From the NCBI RefSeq assembly GCF_963921235.1, contig NC_086108.1:82524001-82588000 (forward strand): 64,000 nt of DNA. Reading direction: 5' to 3'. The stretch is from Mobula hypostoma (Eukaryota). The position numbers and the translations under genes are program-made. Shown piece after piece: positions 13,855 through 24,991 of the stretch (within the stretch, counting starts at the first letter, position 1; each line of letters starts with the position of its first letter). The notes under the pieces are model-generated. The model was not told where the DNA came from, did not search any database, and saw nothing but the letters and a program-made list of their open reading frames with translations.

Positions 13855-14222
13855 ACATAGAAACATGGAAAACCTACAGCACAATACAGGCCCTTCGGCC
13901 CACAAGGAGCTGATTGTTGTCCAAAAAGTCGTGCCGAACATGTCCCTACCTTAGAAATTACTAGACTTCCCCATAGCCCTCTATTTTTCTAAATTCCATG
14001 TACTTATCCAAAAGTCTCTTAAACCACCCTATCGTATCCACCTCCACCACCGTTGCCGGCAGCCCATTCCACGCACTTACCACTCTCTGAGTAAAAGACT
14101 TGCCCTTGACATCTCCTCTGTACCTACTCCCCAGCACTTTAAACCTGTGTCTTCTTGTGGCAACCATTTCAGCCCTGGGAAAATGCCTCTGACTATCCAC
14201 ACGATCAATGCCTCTCTTCATT
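13855..14222 (-). mobile_element. CR1 LINE 3' end (second subfamily)
   Basis: ORF 13961-14221 gives FTQRVVSAWNGLPATVVEVDTIGWFKRLLDKYM; TTTCTATGT tail. Confidence 0.9.
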
Positions 14223-14957
14223 ACCTATTGAGTCAGACAGATGCAGCAACAAAATAGGCCTTAACCAACAATCAACCTCCCAGTTTACGCTAATCCCATA
14301 TTATTTTTTAAAGTTTTATTCTTGCCACCTTCTCATCATCTCCTGCCTAGAACTATCTACACTTATGGGATCATCCACAGACTTTGGGATGTGGCAGGAA
14401 ACCGGAGTGTTCAGCGTAAACCTACATGGCCAAAGGAAAAATGGTCAAACTCCAGAGATGGACCCAGGCCCCCTGTGAGGCAATGGATCTACTAGATGTG
14501 CTGCTTACCTATTGCTGTTTTAAATCAATTTTATTTATTTCTAAAAATATATAATTTAAAAAATTATTCAAAGCAATTCTTTTAACTTTTATCTGTGCCT
14601 CACATCAAAGAGATTTAAGAACTACTACAAATTCCTGACAAGTTTGACACAAGGTAAAGGTCTGTCTCTCGCCCTGCCTGCGGTCAGCCACCGTGCAGGT
14701 TTTCTGAGGAGAGATGTCAGCAACACACCAGCAGCAGCCTGCCCACCAGCGAGGCCTCATGCTGCCTGACTGTCCATTCCCGATGGGAGCAATGATTCAG
14801 TTCCTTGATTCTAGTGTTCTGTACCATCTTAGATTCTTCCTGATCAGTATTATATCTCAGTTAAACCTTCTCTTGATGCCCTTGCAAACTGATGTCTGTT
14901 TATCTCAGCAACCAAAAATTCCTTTTGGAAGAGAATAAAATTTCCCAGTTTCCATTA

Positions 14958-15239
14958 GAGTTTATTAATTGAGATACAGCTTGGAATGGGCCCTTCTGGC
15001 CGTTTGAGCCACGTCACCCAGCAATCTCCCAATTTAATCCCAGCCTAATCGTGGGACAATTTACAATGACCAATTAACCTACCAACCAGTATGGTCTTTG
15101 GACTGTGGGAGGAAACCAGAGCACCCGGAGGAAACCCACACAGGGAGAACCTACAAACTCCTTACAGGCAGTGGCGGAAACTGAACGCGGGTCGCCTCGA
15201 CTGTAAAGCGTTGTGTTAACCACTATGCTACCATGCTGC
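14958..15239 (-). mobile_element. V-domain tRNA-SINE
   Basis: Reverse complement of the tRNA head and V-domain (TTTGGACTGTGGGAGGAAACCAGAGCACCCGGAGGAAACCCA on +). Confidence 0.85.
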
Positions 15240-16135
15240 TTTATGCAAAAGAGATCCCATATTTCACTCTTGTGTGGTCTACCACTAATGCACCCCCCAT
15301 TCATTAACTTGATTTCAACACATCAGCTAGTTCAATACATTCTCAGGCACATTCGAGACCACAACCACAATTATCTTCAGGGCAGGCACTCAGCACTATT
15401 AGCAAAAATGGAACAGTACTGTGGGTCTCCTTTTAGTTGATAATTTGTCCATCTAACCAAAAAGATCAAAGGCAAGTCATGAATAGAAGTTGACCCCACC
15501 CACTAAGTTATCCGCAGTCTTATTTGTGTATTTTTATTGTAAGGGATTAATGTTCCGACCACAAAGCTACTTGAAACCTGATGAAAGTAAATGCTGAGAT
15601 TTCTTTTATTCCAATGCTTCACGTGAAAGCCCTGAATAAAAAGTGGGCTGGCTCAGGGCGTTTGGAATTTCCCCAGTAGTTTGGGGATCAAATGCTTTTG
15701 CTGGTCATTTGTTCCACGTACCTTGCCACCCTGTGGTGGGGAGTGGAGACGGGTGGCTAGTGTGGGGAGAGCCCTGTTCGAAGTTTTTTTTAAAAAATCT
15801 TGTGTTCTTGCTGTTCTCACATTAAACCAGCAGTTAATTGTGGTGGTTTGGTTTGTATTGGCCGTGCCTGCTGGTGGCTTAAAACATATGGATTGTGTTG
15901 CTTTTAATTGCGATTTTGTTAAAGGTTCATCTATTCATCTGCCTCTGTTCCTTTGCTTAGAATCAAAAGTGCTGCTCTTCTCATGGCTATAAGCAAAACC
16001 TCAATACAGTCTTCAAGGTAGCCTGTTCAGAACTATACAGTGTGTTCCGAATGCTGCCTGTCAATTGATTTACATTTGTTAAGAAAAAGTTGTTTAATTT
16101 CAATTTAAGTGCCGCAAAATGCACCACAATACCTA

Positions 16136-16558
16136 CAGTTGAAGTCAGAAGTTTAGATACACCTTAGCCAAATACATTTAAACTCAGTTTTTCACTATTC
16201 CTGACATTTAATCCTAGAAAACATTCCCCATCTTAGGTCAGTTAGGATCACTACTTTATTTTAACAATGTGAAATGTCAGAATAATAGTGGAGAGAATGA
16301 TTTATTTCAGCTTTTATTTCTTTCGTCACTTTCCCAGTGGGTCAGAAGTTTACATACACTTTGTTAGTATTTGGTAGCATTGCCATTAAATGGATTAACT
16401 AGGGTCAAACATTTTGGGTAGCCTTCCACAAGCTTCTCACAGTAAGTTGCTGGAATTTTGTTCCATTCCTCCAGTCAGAACTGGTGTAACTGAGTCGGGC
16501 TTGTAGGCCTCCTTGCTCGCACACGCTTTTTCAGTTCTGCCCATAAATTTTCTATCGG
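16136..16558 (-). mobile_element. Sleeping-Beauty-type Tc1 transposon, right IR/DR and transposase C-terminus
   Basis: TA (16134-16135) then outer DR CAGTTGAAGTCAGAAGTTTAGATACAC; inner DR CAGTGGGTCAGAAGTTTACATACACT at 16335-16360. The minus strand encodes PIENLWAELKKRVRARRPTSPTQLHQF*LEEWNKIPATYCEKLVEGYPKCLTLVNPFNGNATKY* (stop at 16364-16366), matching the SB C-terminus as I recall it. Confidence 0.92.
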
Positions 16559-16561
16559 AGC

Positions 16562-17170
16562 TGAAGGCGGGAGGAGAAGATGGCGGCGTGCCTGCGCGTG
16601 CGCAGCGCTCCGGTGAAAAATGATATCGTATCTGTTAAATAGGGACAGTTCTGATTTGATGAAGAATGGATGTGAAAGCACAGAGGAAAATCTGGAGAAC
16701 TTTCTGAAATGCTCGTTCGCTGCTGTCGTTACTGCGTGGTCGGGAATCTTTCTGAGGGTAGGCCTCAAAATCCCCGACCTTGCCTGCTTTTAGCAACCGA
16801 GAAGGAGGCTCAGTACTCAGTGTCGGAGAGCTGATCAGAGCTCAAAGTTTTCGGATGACTCAGAGTCGGATTGTGGTCGGCATGGCAGGGAGAGTTTTTC
16901 TTCCTTCTCCCGTCTGCGTGAGATGTGGGGCATTTGAGAAACTTTGAACTTTACTATGCTCATGGACTTCTTCATCAAGTTATGGTATTGTGCACTGTTG
17001 TAACTATATGTTATAATTATGTGGTTTTGTCAGTTTTTTCAGTCTCGGTCTGTCCTGTGTTTTGTGATATCTTACCGGAGGAAATAATGTATCATTTCTT
17101 AATGCATGCATTACTAAATGACAATAAAAGAGGACTATGTGTCTTCATAATCTAAAAAATCTAAATCTAA
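16562..17170 (+). mobile_element. Non-autonomous ~600 bp retroposon with CpG-rich head and AATCT-repeat tail
   Basis: Starts near AAGATGGCGGCG and ends AATAAAAGAGGAC...TAATCTAAAAAATCTAAATCTAA. Its 3' ~270 bp recur at 34240-34495. No recognisable coding region. Confidence 0.8.
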
Positions 17171-18239
17171 CCCAGTCTACTTTTTGAATAAGTGGATAAA
17201 AATCAGATGCTAGATGCTAGATGCTAGAAATCTAAAATCAGGATAGAAAACGCCGGAAATAATCAGCAAGCCAGTCAGCATCAGTGGAGAATGAAACAGA
17301 AATAACATTGCAAGTTGGTATTCCGATGAAGGGATCTGAAATGTTAAACCTATTTCACTTCCAGTACTTTCTACCTTGACCAGTCTTTCGAAACCCTTCA
17401 CTTGGGGGAGGCTGAAGACAAATTCAATGTCTTGGCCTGCTGGTATCACATTAAATCAAGATGTTCAGATAGGAATAAAGACTAATGGGAATAAATTACT
17501 GTTCAGCGGGCAACTAATTGCCTGTACAATGTGATTTTAAATACTCGCTTGCTGTATGGGTAGAGTTAAAATACAACAACTAGCACCAGCATTTCATTTT
17601 AGATTTTATTTAGTTGCATCAATTTAAAGCCTTCAGGTCTTGTAGAATAATAAAACATGTTTCCATATTGTTAGTCCAGGCCTCTGGATTTCTAAGTGTA
17701 GTTATAGAACCACTATGCCACCATACTGTTAGTACACACATGCACATGATAGAATGATCAGAGTGAAAAGACTGAGAAGGTCTATTGTGGGTTAATTCTG
17801 CACAAATCTCAGTTCATTCAGGCATTCTGGCCATCATTACTGGCCGTGAGATATTCACTGGGGTGTAGGAAACACCTCGAGGCTGGTAATGACCACAATG
17901 ATTGAACAGAATCATGCCTCCTCTATTAGAATATATCTACCATAGTTAGCATTATATAAACAGCTAAAAACGTTGCAGACCCCTGTCCTACATTATTTTC
18001 CACCTAATACTACAATCATTCAGATCAGGGATTAAAGTTAACAATTCCTTTTGCCCCGTGGGGGACCTCAGCCTTAGTGAGGGCAGCATTCACTAAGCTC
18101 GTTGATAATTACTTTCAATTTATATTGTTGTAATTTTAAGATATGAATTTAGTAAAATTATTTCATAATGAAGTTGTGCTGATGCTAATTGTTGAAATAA
18201 TAAAATCATGCATCAGAGGATCATGGGTTAATGAATTAC

Positions 18240-18808
18240 TGAGTCATGCATAAAGACTGGTATGGAACAACCCAGTAGGAAACGCCAGTGCCCGAGAACC
18301 TGCAAAAAGTGGCCCAATTCACCACAGGAAAATCCCTCCCCACTGTTGAGCACATCTACAAAGAGCACCGCCGCAGGAAAGCACCATCCATCAATAAGAA
18401 TAAGATCCACCATTCAGGCCATGCTCGTGTCTCACTACTATCACCAGGAAGGAGATACAGGAGTCTCGGGCCCCACACCACCAGGTTCAGGAACAGTTAT
18501 TTCCCTTCAACCCTCAGGTTCCTGAACCAGCGTGGACAACTTCGCTCACTTCAACCCTGAACCAAACCTATAGACTCACTTTCAAGGACTCTACAGCTCA
18601 TTCTCTCAGTATTATTTATTAACGTATTTTTTATTTGCCCAGTTTGTCTTCTTTTGCACATTGGTTGTTTGTCAGTCTTCGTCTGGGTGTAGTTTCAGTT
18701 GATTATTCTGTATTTCTTTGTTCTACTGTGAATGCCTGCAAGAGAAAAAACTCAGGGTAGCATTTGGGGACATATACATGCTTTGATAATAAACTTACTT
18801 TGAACTTT
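18240..18808 (+). mobile_element. Rex1/Babar-like LINE 3' fragment
   Basis: ORF 18288-18560 (LQKVAQFTTGKSLPTVEHIY...LLSPGRRYRSLGPHTTRFRNSYFP); AATAAACTTACTTTGAACTTT tail. Confidence 0.75.
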
Positions 18809-20734
18809 GGGACCAGGCTCTTAGGCCCATCTAGTCTGTGCTGTCCATCAAGCATATGTTTGTGCTTATCCAATTTTTATCTGCTTTATTCAGCGTTGGT
18901 TACCTCATCCCCTTTCACCCCCATCACCCCCGTTGTCCTGCAACCCACCTTCTTAGGGGCCATTTGACAGTTGTTGCGTCTTTGGGATGTGGGGAGAAAA
19001 ACTAGACGGGAGGATTCAGAAGAAACCTATGCAGTAAAAGAAAGAGGTGCAAACGCCACACAGATGTCACTGGAGATCTGGATCAAACATCTGGAGCCGT
19101 GACAGAGTAGCGTTAACTGCTGCACCTTTGTGATGACCCTATGGTTTTCTCAAATACATAGAATTGACAAAAGGGTGTTTCAGGTCAGGAATCAGGAACG
19201 GAGTCTTCCTGCAGAGTGAACAGTTGCTTTGGATAGAGCATTGTGGAGTTGGGGCCCTAATTTATTTAATTGTGTGGCGATGGGATGATGTAATTTTTCT
19301 TGTGAATGAGCTGAGATGCAACCCAATGCGCACCATGTCCATATTTAGCTTGTGTGATTTGTGTCATGATTGTGTCAGGAGTAGATGCGAAAAGGAAAGT
19401 GCAGAGGTCAGGAGGCATCAAGGAAATTTTGGAAGATGGCTCAGAGTACATGTTCCAGCAGTTAAATTTTGGCCTCCCATTCCAGTGTTTGAAAGCGAAA
19501 TATGTAGGCAGTTGGACAACGTGGTGCATTGGTTCACCTGGTGAGTCTGGAGGTGACTGTCAGTGCAGTGGTACCTTCACCTTTTGCTCTGATTCCTGAC
19601 TACCTGCTGTTGCCCTGAGAAGGGCAGGTGACCATTGTGAGAGGGGACTTAGAGATTGTGGAGCAGCCAAAAAGCCAAAAATGAAGAAGGTAAAATGAAT
19701 ATTGTAAGCAAAGCAACAGTAAAATCTGATCCACCCATAAAGCTGATTTTAGCAGCATGGAAGTTTCTGTGTACAATATCTATCTAGAATCCTTGAAGCT
19801 CATGGTTAATGATATCACTTTGAACCTAAATTACTTGTCACTCCTTCCTCACCTTTCCCCACAGTCTTTGGGCCTTTTGAATTATTCCACTTGCATCCCT
19901 CTGTGTGCCAGAATCTTATTCCCACCAAACCTCTGAGCCTGTCCTCCCACTCTGTCTCACATGCTCCCTCCTTGTTATGACTGCTCTTGGCAAAGCTTGA
20001 GCTCAGCTCTGTCTCTCTCCTTTGCACTGCTCACTCCTCCAGAATGGTGTGAGCAACGCTGAGGGAAAATATAGTGCATTTTGGAGATAATCTTTATTTC
20101 ACTTATGAACTCTAATTATGGTCTTCTGTGAAAACAAATAACAGAATGACTCTTAAATAAGTCAATTGTTATTGGTGAATTGAGATAAAACATAAAATTA
20201 CTTTTGTATACTGTATGAGGATGAGGAGTGGGTCCTCTGCTATGGTGAAGCTAAATGGTTGGAGCTAGACTCCTGGAATGTGACAGAATAAGCCTGCTCT
20301 CAATATTGAGCTCTTTCTATCACTTCATTTCATCCATTCGCGCCTTATTAAATCCTCATAAACTTGTCAGTGAAGACAGTTAGCATTTAAGCTTAGTCCA
20401 TTAGTTTGGTAAAATAACAAGACACAAGACATATGTTCTAATGATAGGCACTTGTGATACTGTACATCCTCGTGAATTAAATGTTGAACAAAATCGTGTT
20501 TATAATATAGTCAAATGGACTTATTAACTTTAAAAGCGTACAAAGATATCCAGAGAGGTTCCTATAGTAATGATTCCAAAGCACACTTAAAAATATAAAG
20601 AAAGTTGTCTAAGTTTAGAGCAGAATCTTGATCAACTGTGAAATTGGACAAGGGAACAGCTGATGAAATTTAACTCAGGCACATGTGAAGTGATGCACTT
20701 TGGAATGTTAAACCAGGTACACAGGTCTTGAGCC

Positions 20735-20935
20735 ACACACACCAAATGCCAGAGGAACTCAGCACGTCTGGCAGCATCTATGGAGAGGAATGAACAGTCA
20801 AGGTTTCAGGCTGAGACCCTTTTATCAGGGCTAGAAAGGAAGGGGTCAAAATTCAAAATAAAAAGGTAGAGATAAGGGAAGGAGTAGAAGCCGGCAGGTA
20901 ATAGATGAAACTCGGAGGGAGGGAAGGAAGTTGGG
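20735..20935 (-). mobile_element. Penelope-like terminal fragment
   Basis: Same terminal block as the other PLE copies; decayed hammerhead-like motif at 20795-20833. Confidence 0.7.
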
Positions 20936-22171
20936 TCAAGGATTACCAGGTGTTGTATTAGGTTCCAGATTGTTGCTTTAATTTTTCCTTGTAGTTTTAA
21001 CTTTGTTTACGTTTTTCTATTCTGCTATTTGTAAATTTCCAGTAATGTTGTAGAATTGTAGCAGCAGTAAGACATCTGTGAATCCTGAGAGGCATAGGGG
21101 TGGATGATTATTGTAGGGAAGGACATTGAATCATAGCTAATGCAAGTCCATTGCTTATGATTTTGAAAGCTTTAAAATCTCAAACTCCACCATACTACTT
21201 TTTCTGGTGGCCATGGATACTTCACATACTGTGCTTGCGTCAGTTATGAATTTATGACCAATGAGCTACTGAGCTTGGACACACTCATGGCAGCTAGGTA
21301 ATGCAATGCACACTTGGATGATTGTGACTGTAGATCAGAGGCTGGGAACCTTCATATCTCTAGTCTCACCTTGGTGTTCTATCGGTTGCCGAGGACAGGG
21401 TTGGCACAATAGTGTAGGCTGAAGGGTCCGCACTGTGCTGCACTCTTCTATGTTCTATCTGCAATTTTTTGACATTCATTTTCTTCTCCAAATCATTGGT
21501 CCACCACCCTGTCTTTGAAAGACTTCTGAATTTCAGCAGAAGTGCTCATTGATAGCAAAGGAGTGTGTATGTTTTACAATGCAGGCTGAGTGCAACACGT
21601 TGGCACAGTACAGCCACAGCCTCACAGTGTCAGGAACACAGGTTCAGTATGCGCTTTGCAAATTCTCCTTCTGACTGCATGAATTTCTTCTAGTGTCCTC
21701 CATTTTTCTCCCACACCCAAAGGCATATGGGTTAGCAGGTTAATTGGCCAATGAAAATGACCTGTTAGTGGCAAAATCTGAGAAGAGTCGATGAGGACAT
21801 AGGGAGAATAAAAAATAGATTAGTGTAGATTTAGTGGAAATGGGTGGTTGCTAGTCAGCATGTCTGCAATATGCCAGAGGGCCTGTTTCTGCATTGTACA
21901 TTCTTATGAATTGATGACTCTAGATATTTTTGAAGCCAATAGAACAAATGAAAATTTCAGAATGTAACAATGGAATGATAATGCACAGGACTCAGACTTG
22001 GTGAAGATTACTTTTGGCAAAGCTTGTCTTGCTGACACAAATCGGGTTGGATGTATTCTGATTGAAGATTGGAGATTAGGGGAGGTTGGGCAAGTTGGCT
22101 TGGTATTCCATAAAATATATTGTAATGATAGCAAGTTTATTTTCCACTTTTCCGCAAATACAAAATTGTTC

Positions 22172-22282
22172 ACAACACGCTGGAAGAGCTCAGCAGGTCG
22201 GGCAGCACCTGACCTGCTGAGTTCCTCCAGCGTGTTGTGAGTGTTGCCTTGACCCCAGCATCTGCAGAGTATTTTGTGAATG
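22172..22282. mobile_element. Fold-back mini Penelope derivative with 11-bp TSD
   Basis: Near-perfect inverted repeat at 22171-22239; flanking direct repeat CAAAATTGTTC at 22161-22171 and 22283-22293. Confidence 0.8.
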
Positions 22283-23139
22283 CAAAATTGTTCCTTGCTT
22301 TGTTGAAATTACCCAATGGTAGCAGTAACAATGTGAGAGATCATTACATTTGTGAAGATGACCAAGTTGGCCATGATTGGACACGGCTGGGCTTTGACTG
22401 GGTCTTAGTAACACACCTGAATCCAGCACTACTCCTTGACTGAAAGGATAAAAAGTTTCATTCAGCAGCCACTCACCAAGTGCACACTTATCTATCCACG
22501 GGATTCTATGACCAATTTAGAGGCTGACTATTTGTGGCTCAAGGATTTTGCTTATTCTGGCTAAACCTTTGGAGAAATAGTAAAGAGATAATATGGAGTC
22601 TGCAACGCGCAGATGGGTTTAGCTGAATGAAGCATTTTGTTGTATTGAAATCCATTTATTACTGCTAAGGTTACTATTTATCGAAACCCTCGCTTAAGGC
22701 GACTCCTAACTGAGCAGAAAATCATGTAGAAGCATCAATTAACCCCCTCACTGCTGTGCTAAATGCAATCTCTTGCACAATTCTCTCTGAAAGTAACTTA
22801 TAATTAGCTGCCCTCAAGCTTGAGGTGAATTGTTTTAACTTAGACTGTTTGCCAATAGATGTCACCTTTATGTAGATAAATCTCCTCATCAAGTGACGAA
22901 TGCCCATTTGATGAATGGAAAGTGTCCCTACCTCCCAGTGATTCACTTTTCTAAAATTTCTGTGGAGGAGTTTCCAGGTGAATAGGGCTCCCTGATCGCT
23001 ACACCGACAACTTGGCTTAACCCTATCCTCACTATTGCTTCTAAACTGCTGATAAAAGCTGACAGAATAATATTTTTAGTTTTCTATCAGCAAGAGCTGA
23101 TAGCTTTGAAGTGTGGAAGGATGGCCAAAGAGGACAGAG

Positions 23140-23355
23140 GGTATATAGAACATGAGGGGAAACTTTTTCACTCAGACTGTGGAACAAGATGGTAGCGCAA
23201 GTAGTTGATTTCAATGTTTAAGAAAAGTTTGGATAGGTACATGGATAATAGGGATATGGAGAGCTATGAGCTCAGTGCAGGTCAATGGGAGTAAGCAGTT
23301 TAAATGGTTTGGCATGTTTCTGTGCTGTACTTTTCTATGACTTTATGTTTCTAAC
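23140..23355 (+). mobile_element. CR1 3' end fragment
   Basis: AACTTTTTCACTCAGA...TTTAAGAAAAGTTTGGATAGGTACATGGATA...CTGTGCTGTAC...TTCTATG. Confidence 0.75.
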
Positions 23356-24626
23356 AGAATAAACTGGGGAGAGCTGAGACTATACTAGAACTGGTGGCTG
23401 TAGGTAGGAATTTTGAAATTGCAGAGTTTGTGGGGGAGAAGTGAGTGCATGGGATGGCTCCTCTGGAGGGGATTGTGAATTTTGGATATTGCAATTGGTG
23501 AAGGGAGACTGCTGAAAAGAGAATTCAAGGTGGCAGAAAGCATAGATAATAGTTTCATAGGCAGCAATAAAATGAGAAGTTTCAGGATTATAACTTAATA
23601 TGCTTTGCTTTTAAAGTCCATAAAATAGTATATTTAATTTCTAAACAGACTCACAAGTTGATAAATGCACCTTTTAAAGGGTTGAACACATTCCCCTTAA
23701 ATATTTTAGCATTTAAATCAGTTTCCAGCATTAGAGCAACCTCCAATGGACTGTTCGGGACATCTGCCTATCTAAGTAGATCAAAAATCCATTGTAACTG
23801 CTCTTAACAGCATAACTGCAAATGTCTGGCTGCTGGGTGCCTGTATTAAAAAGAAGGCTAACATACAAACAGCTGAAATGAGTAGGAAATGCTATTTTTT
23901 AAACGTTCATACCATCTCCAGCATGTTTGTAGCATTATCGTTTCTGTAAAGTTAGTATAAAGCAAATCTGTGTGCTTGCATGCTCCACTGGTCTGGAGAC
24001 GCTTGCTTCCCATCCCTTACTTTTATTCCTCACACCCTGCTTTGTGTGTAACTCCTCTTTGGGCTGTTCTTCACAAAAACAAAATACACACTGCCTGTGT
24101 GTTTTAAGAGCTTACATATCTCTATGGCCGCAGATCATCCCATGTGGATCAGCCGCTCACTGAGTTTATTTGTGTTTTTGTGTGTGCCTTTGTGAGTATG
24201 TGCCTGGGTGCCTGGGCTCATTAATTTGAGGAATGACTTTCTGCAGAAATGGGACATCATCCACTTTATCATTTGAAGTACCATTTAGCTTTTAAAGGGG
24301 ATGGGATTCAGGTTTAATTTTGCTGGAACTTGCTAAACCACGTACTCATCAAGTACAACCCTCCAATATCCCCACTGATAATACATCTTCCTACTCTTCC
24401 TACCACTCATCATGAACAGATGATTTCTGCTTGGTGCCTTAACTTGCACAGTTTCTAGTTGACCTCATTTTGACAATCAGTGGTGACAACTCCACTTCCC
24501 TAAAGGCAACAATGATACGTATTTTTATTGAAGATATTTTGCAAATTCTGTGCCTTTTAATATTCACTTCAATATCCATATTTCTAAGTAGTGCATTTAA
24601 TTAAGGAAAAGGAGAAAGTACTGCAA

Positions 24627-24828
24627 CACCCACAAAATATTGGAGGAACTCAGCAGGTCAGGCAGCATCTATGCAGAGCAATAAAGAATCAACTTTTCAA
24701 ACTCTTTATTCAGCCTGAAACATCAACACTTTATTCTTCTCCACAGATGCTGCCTGACCTGCTACTTTCCTCCTGCATTTTGTGTGTGTTACTCTCGATT
24801 TCCACCATTTGGAGAATCTTTTGTGTTC
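24627..24828. mobile_element. Fold-back mini Penelope derivative with 15-bp TSD
   Basis: Head-to-head terminal blocks; GAGAAAGTACT(G/A)CAA at 24612-24626 and 24829-24843. Confidence 0.8.
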
Positions 24829-24859
24829 GAGAAAGTACTACAAACAGGTTAGGCCAGCA

Positions 24860-24991
24860 CAAACATGAGGAAATCTGCAGATGCTGCTCATCGGAGACCT
24901 GATGAAGGGTCTCGGTCCGAAATGTTGACTGTTTTCTCTTTTCCATAGATGCTGCCTAGCCTGCTGAGTTCCTCCAGCATTTTTATGGAGT
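24860..24991 (+). mobile_element. Mini Penelope derivative with 11-bp TSD
   Basis: TTAGG(C/T)CAGCA at 24849-24859 and 24992-25002; contains the best-preserved hammerhead-like core. Confidence 0.8.
24894..24931 (+). ncRNA. Minimal type-I hammerhead ribozyme motif (decayed), Penelope-associated
   Basis: CTGATGA (24899-24905), stem II-like GGGT-CTCG-GTCC, GAAA (24919-24922), TGTT, GACTG. Stems I and III are imperfect in this copy. Confidence 0.6.

Noticed and set aside
16475..16768. 97-aa ORF as a gene
   Set aside because: It is a chance fusion of antisense retroposon sequence and the SB transposase remnant.
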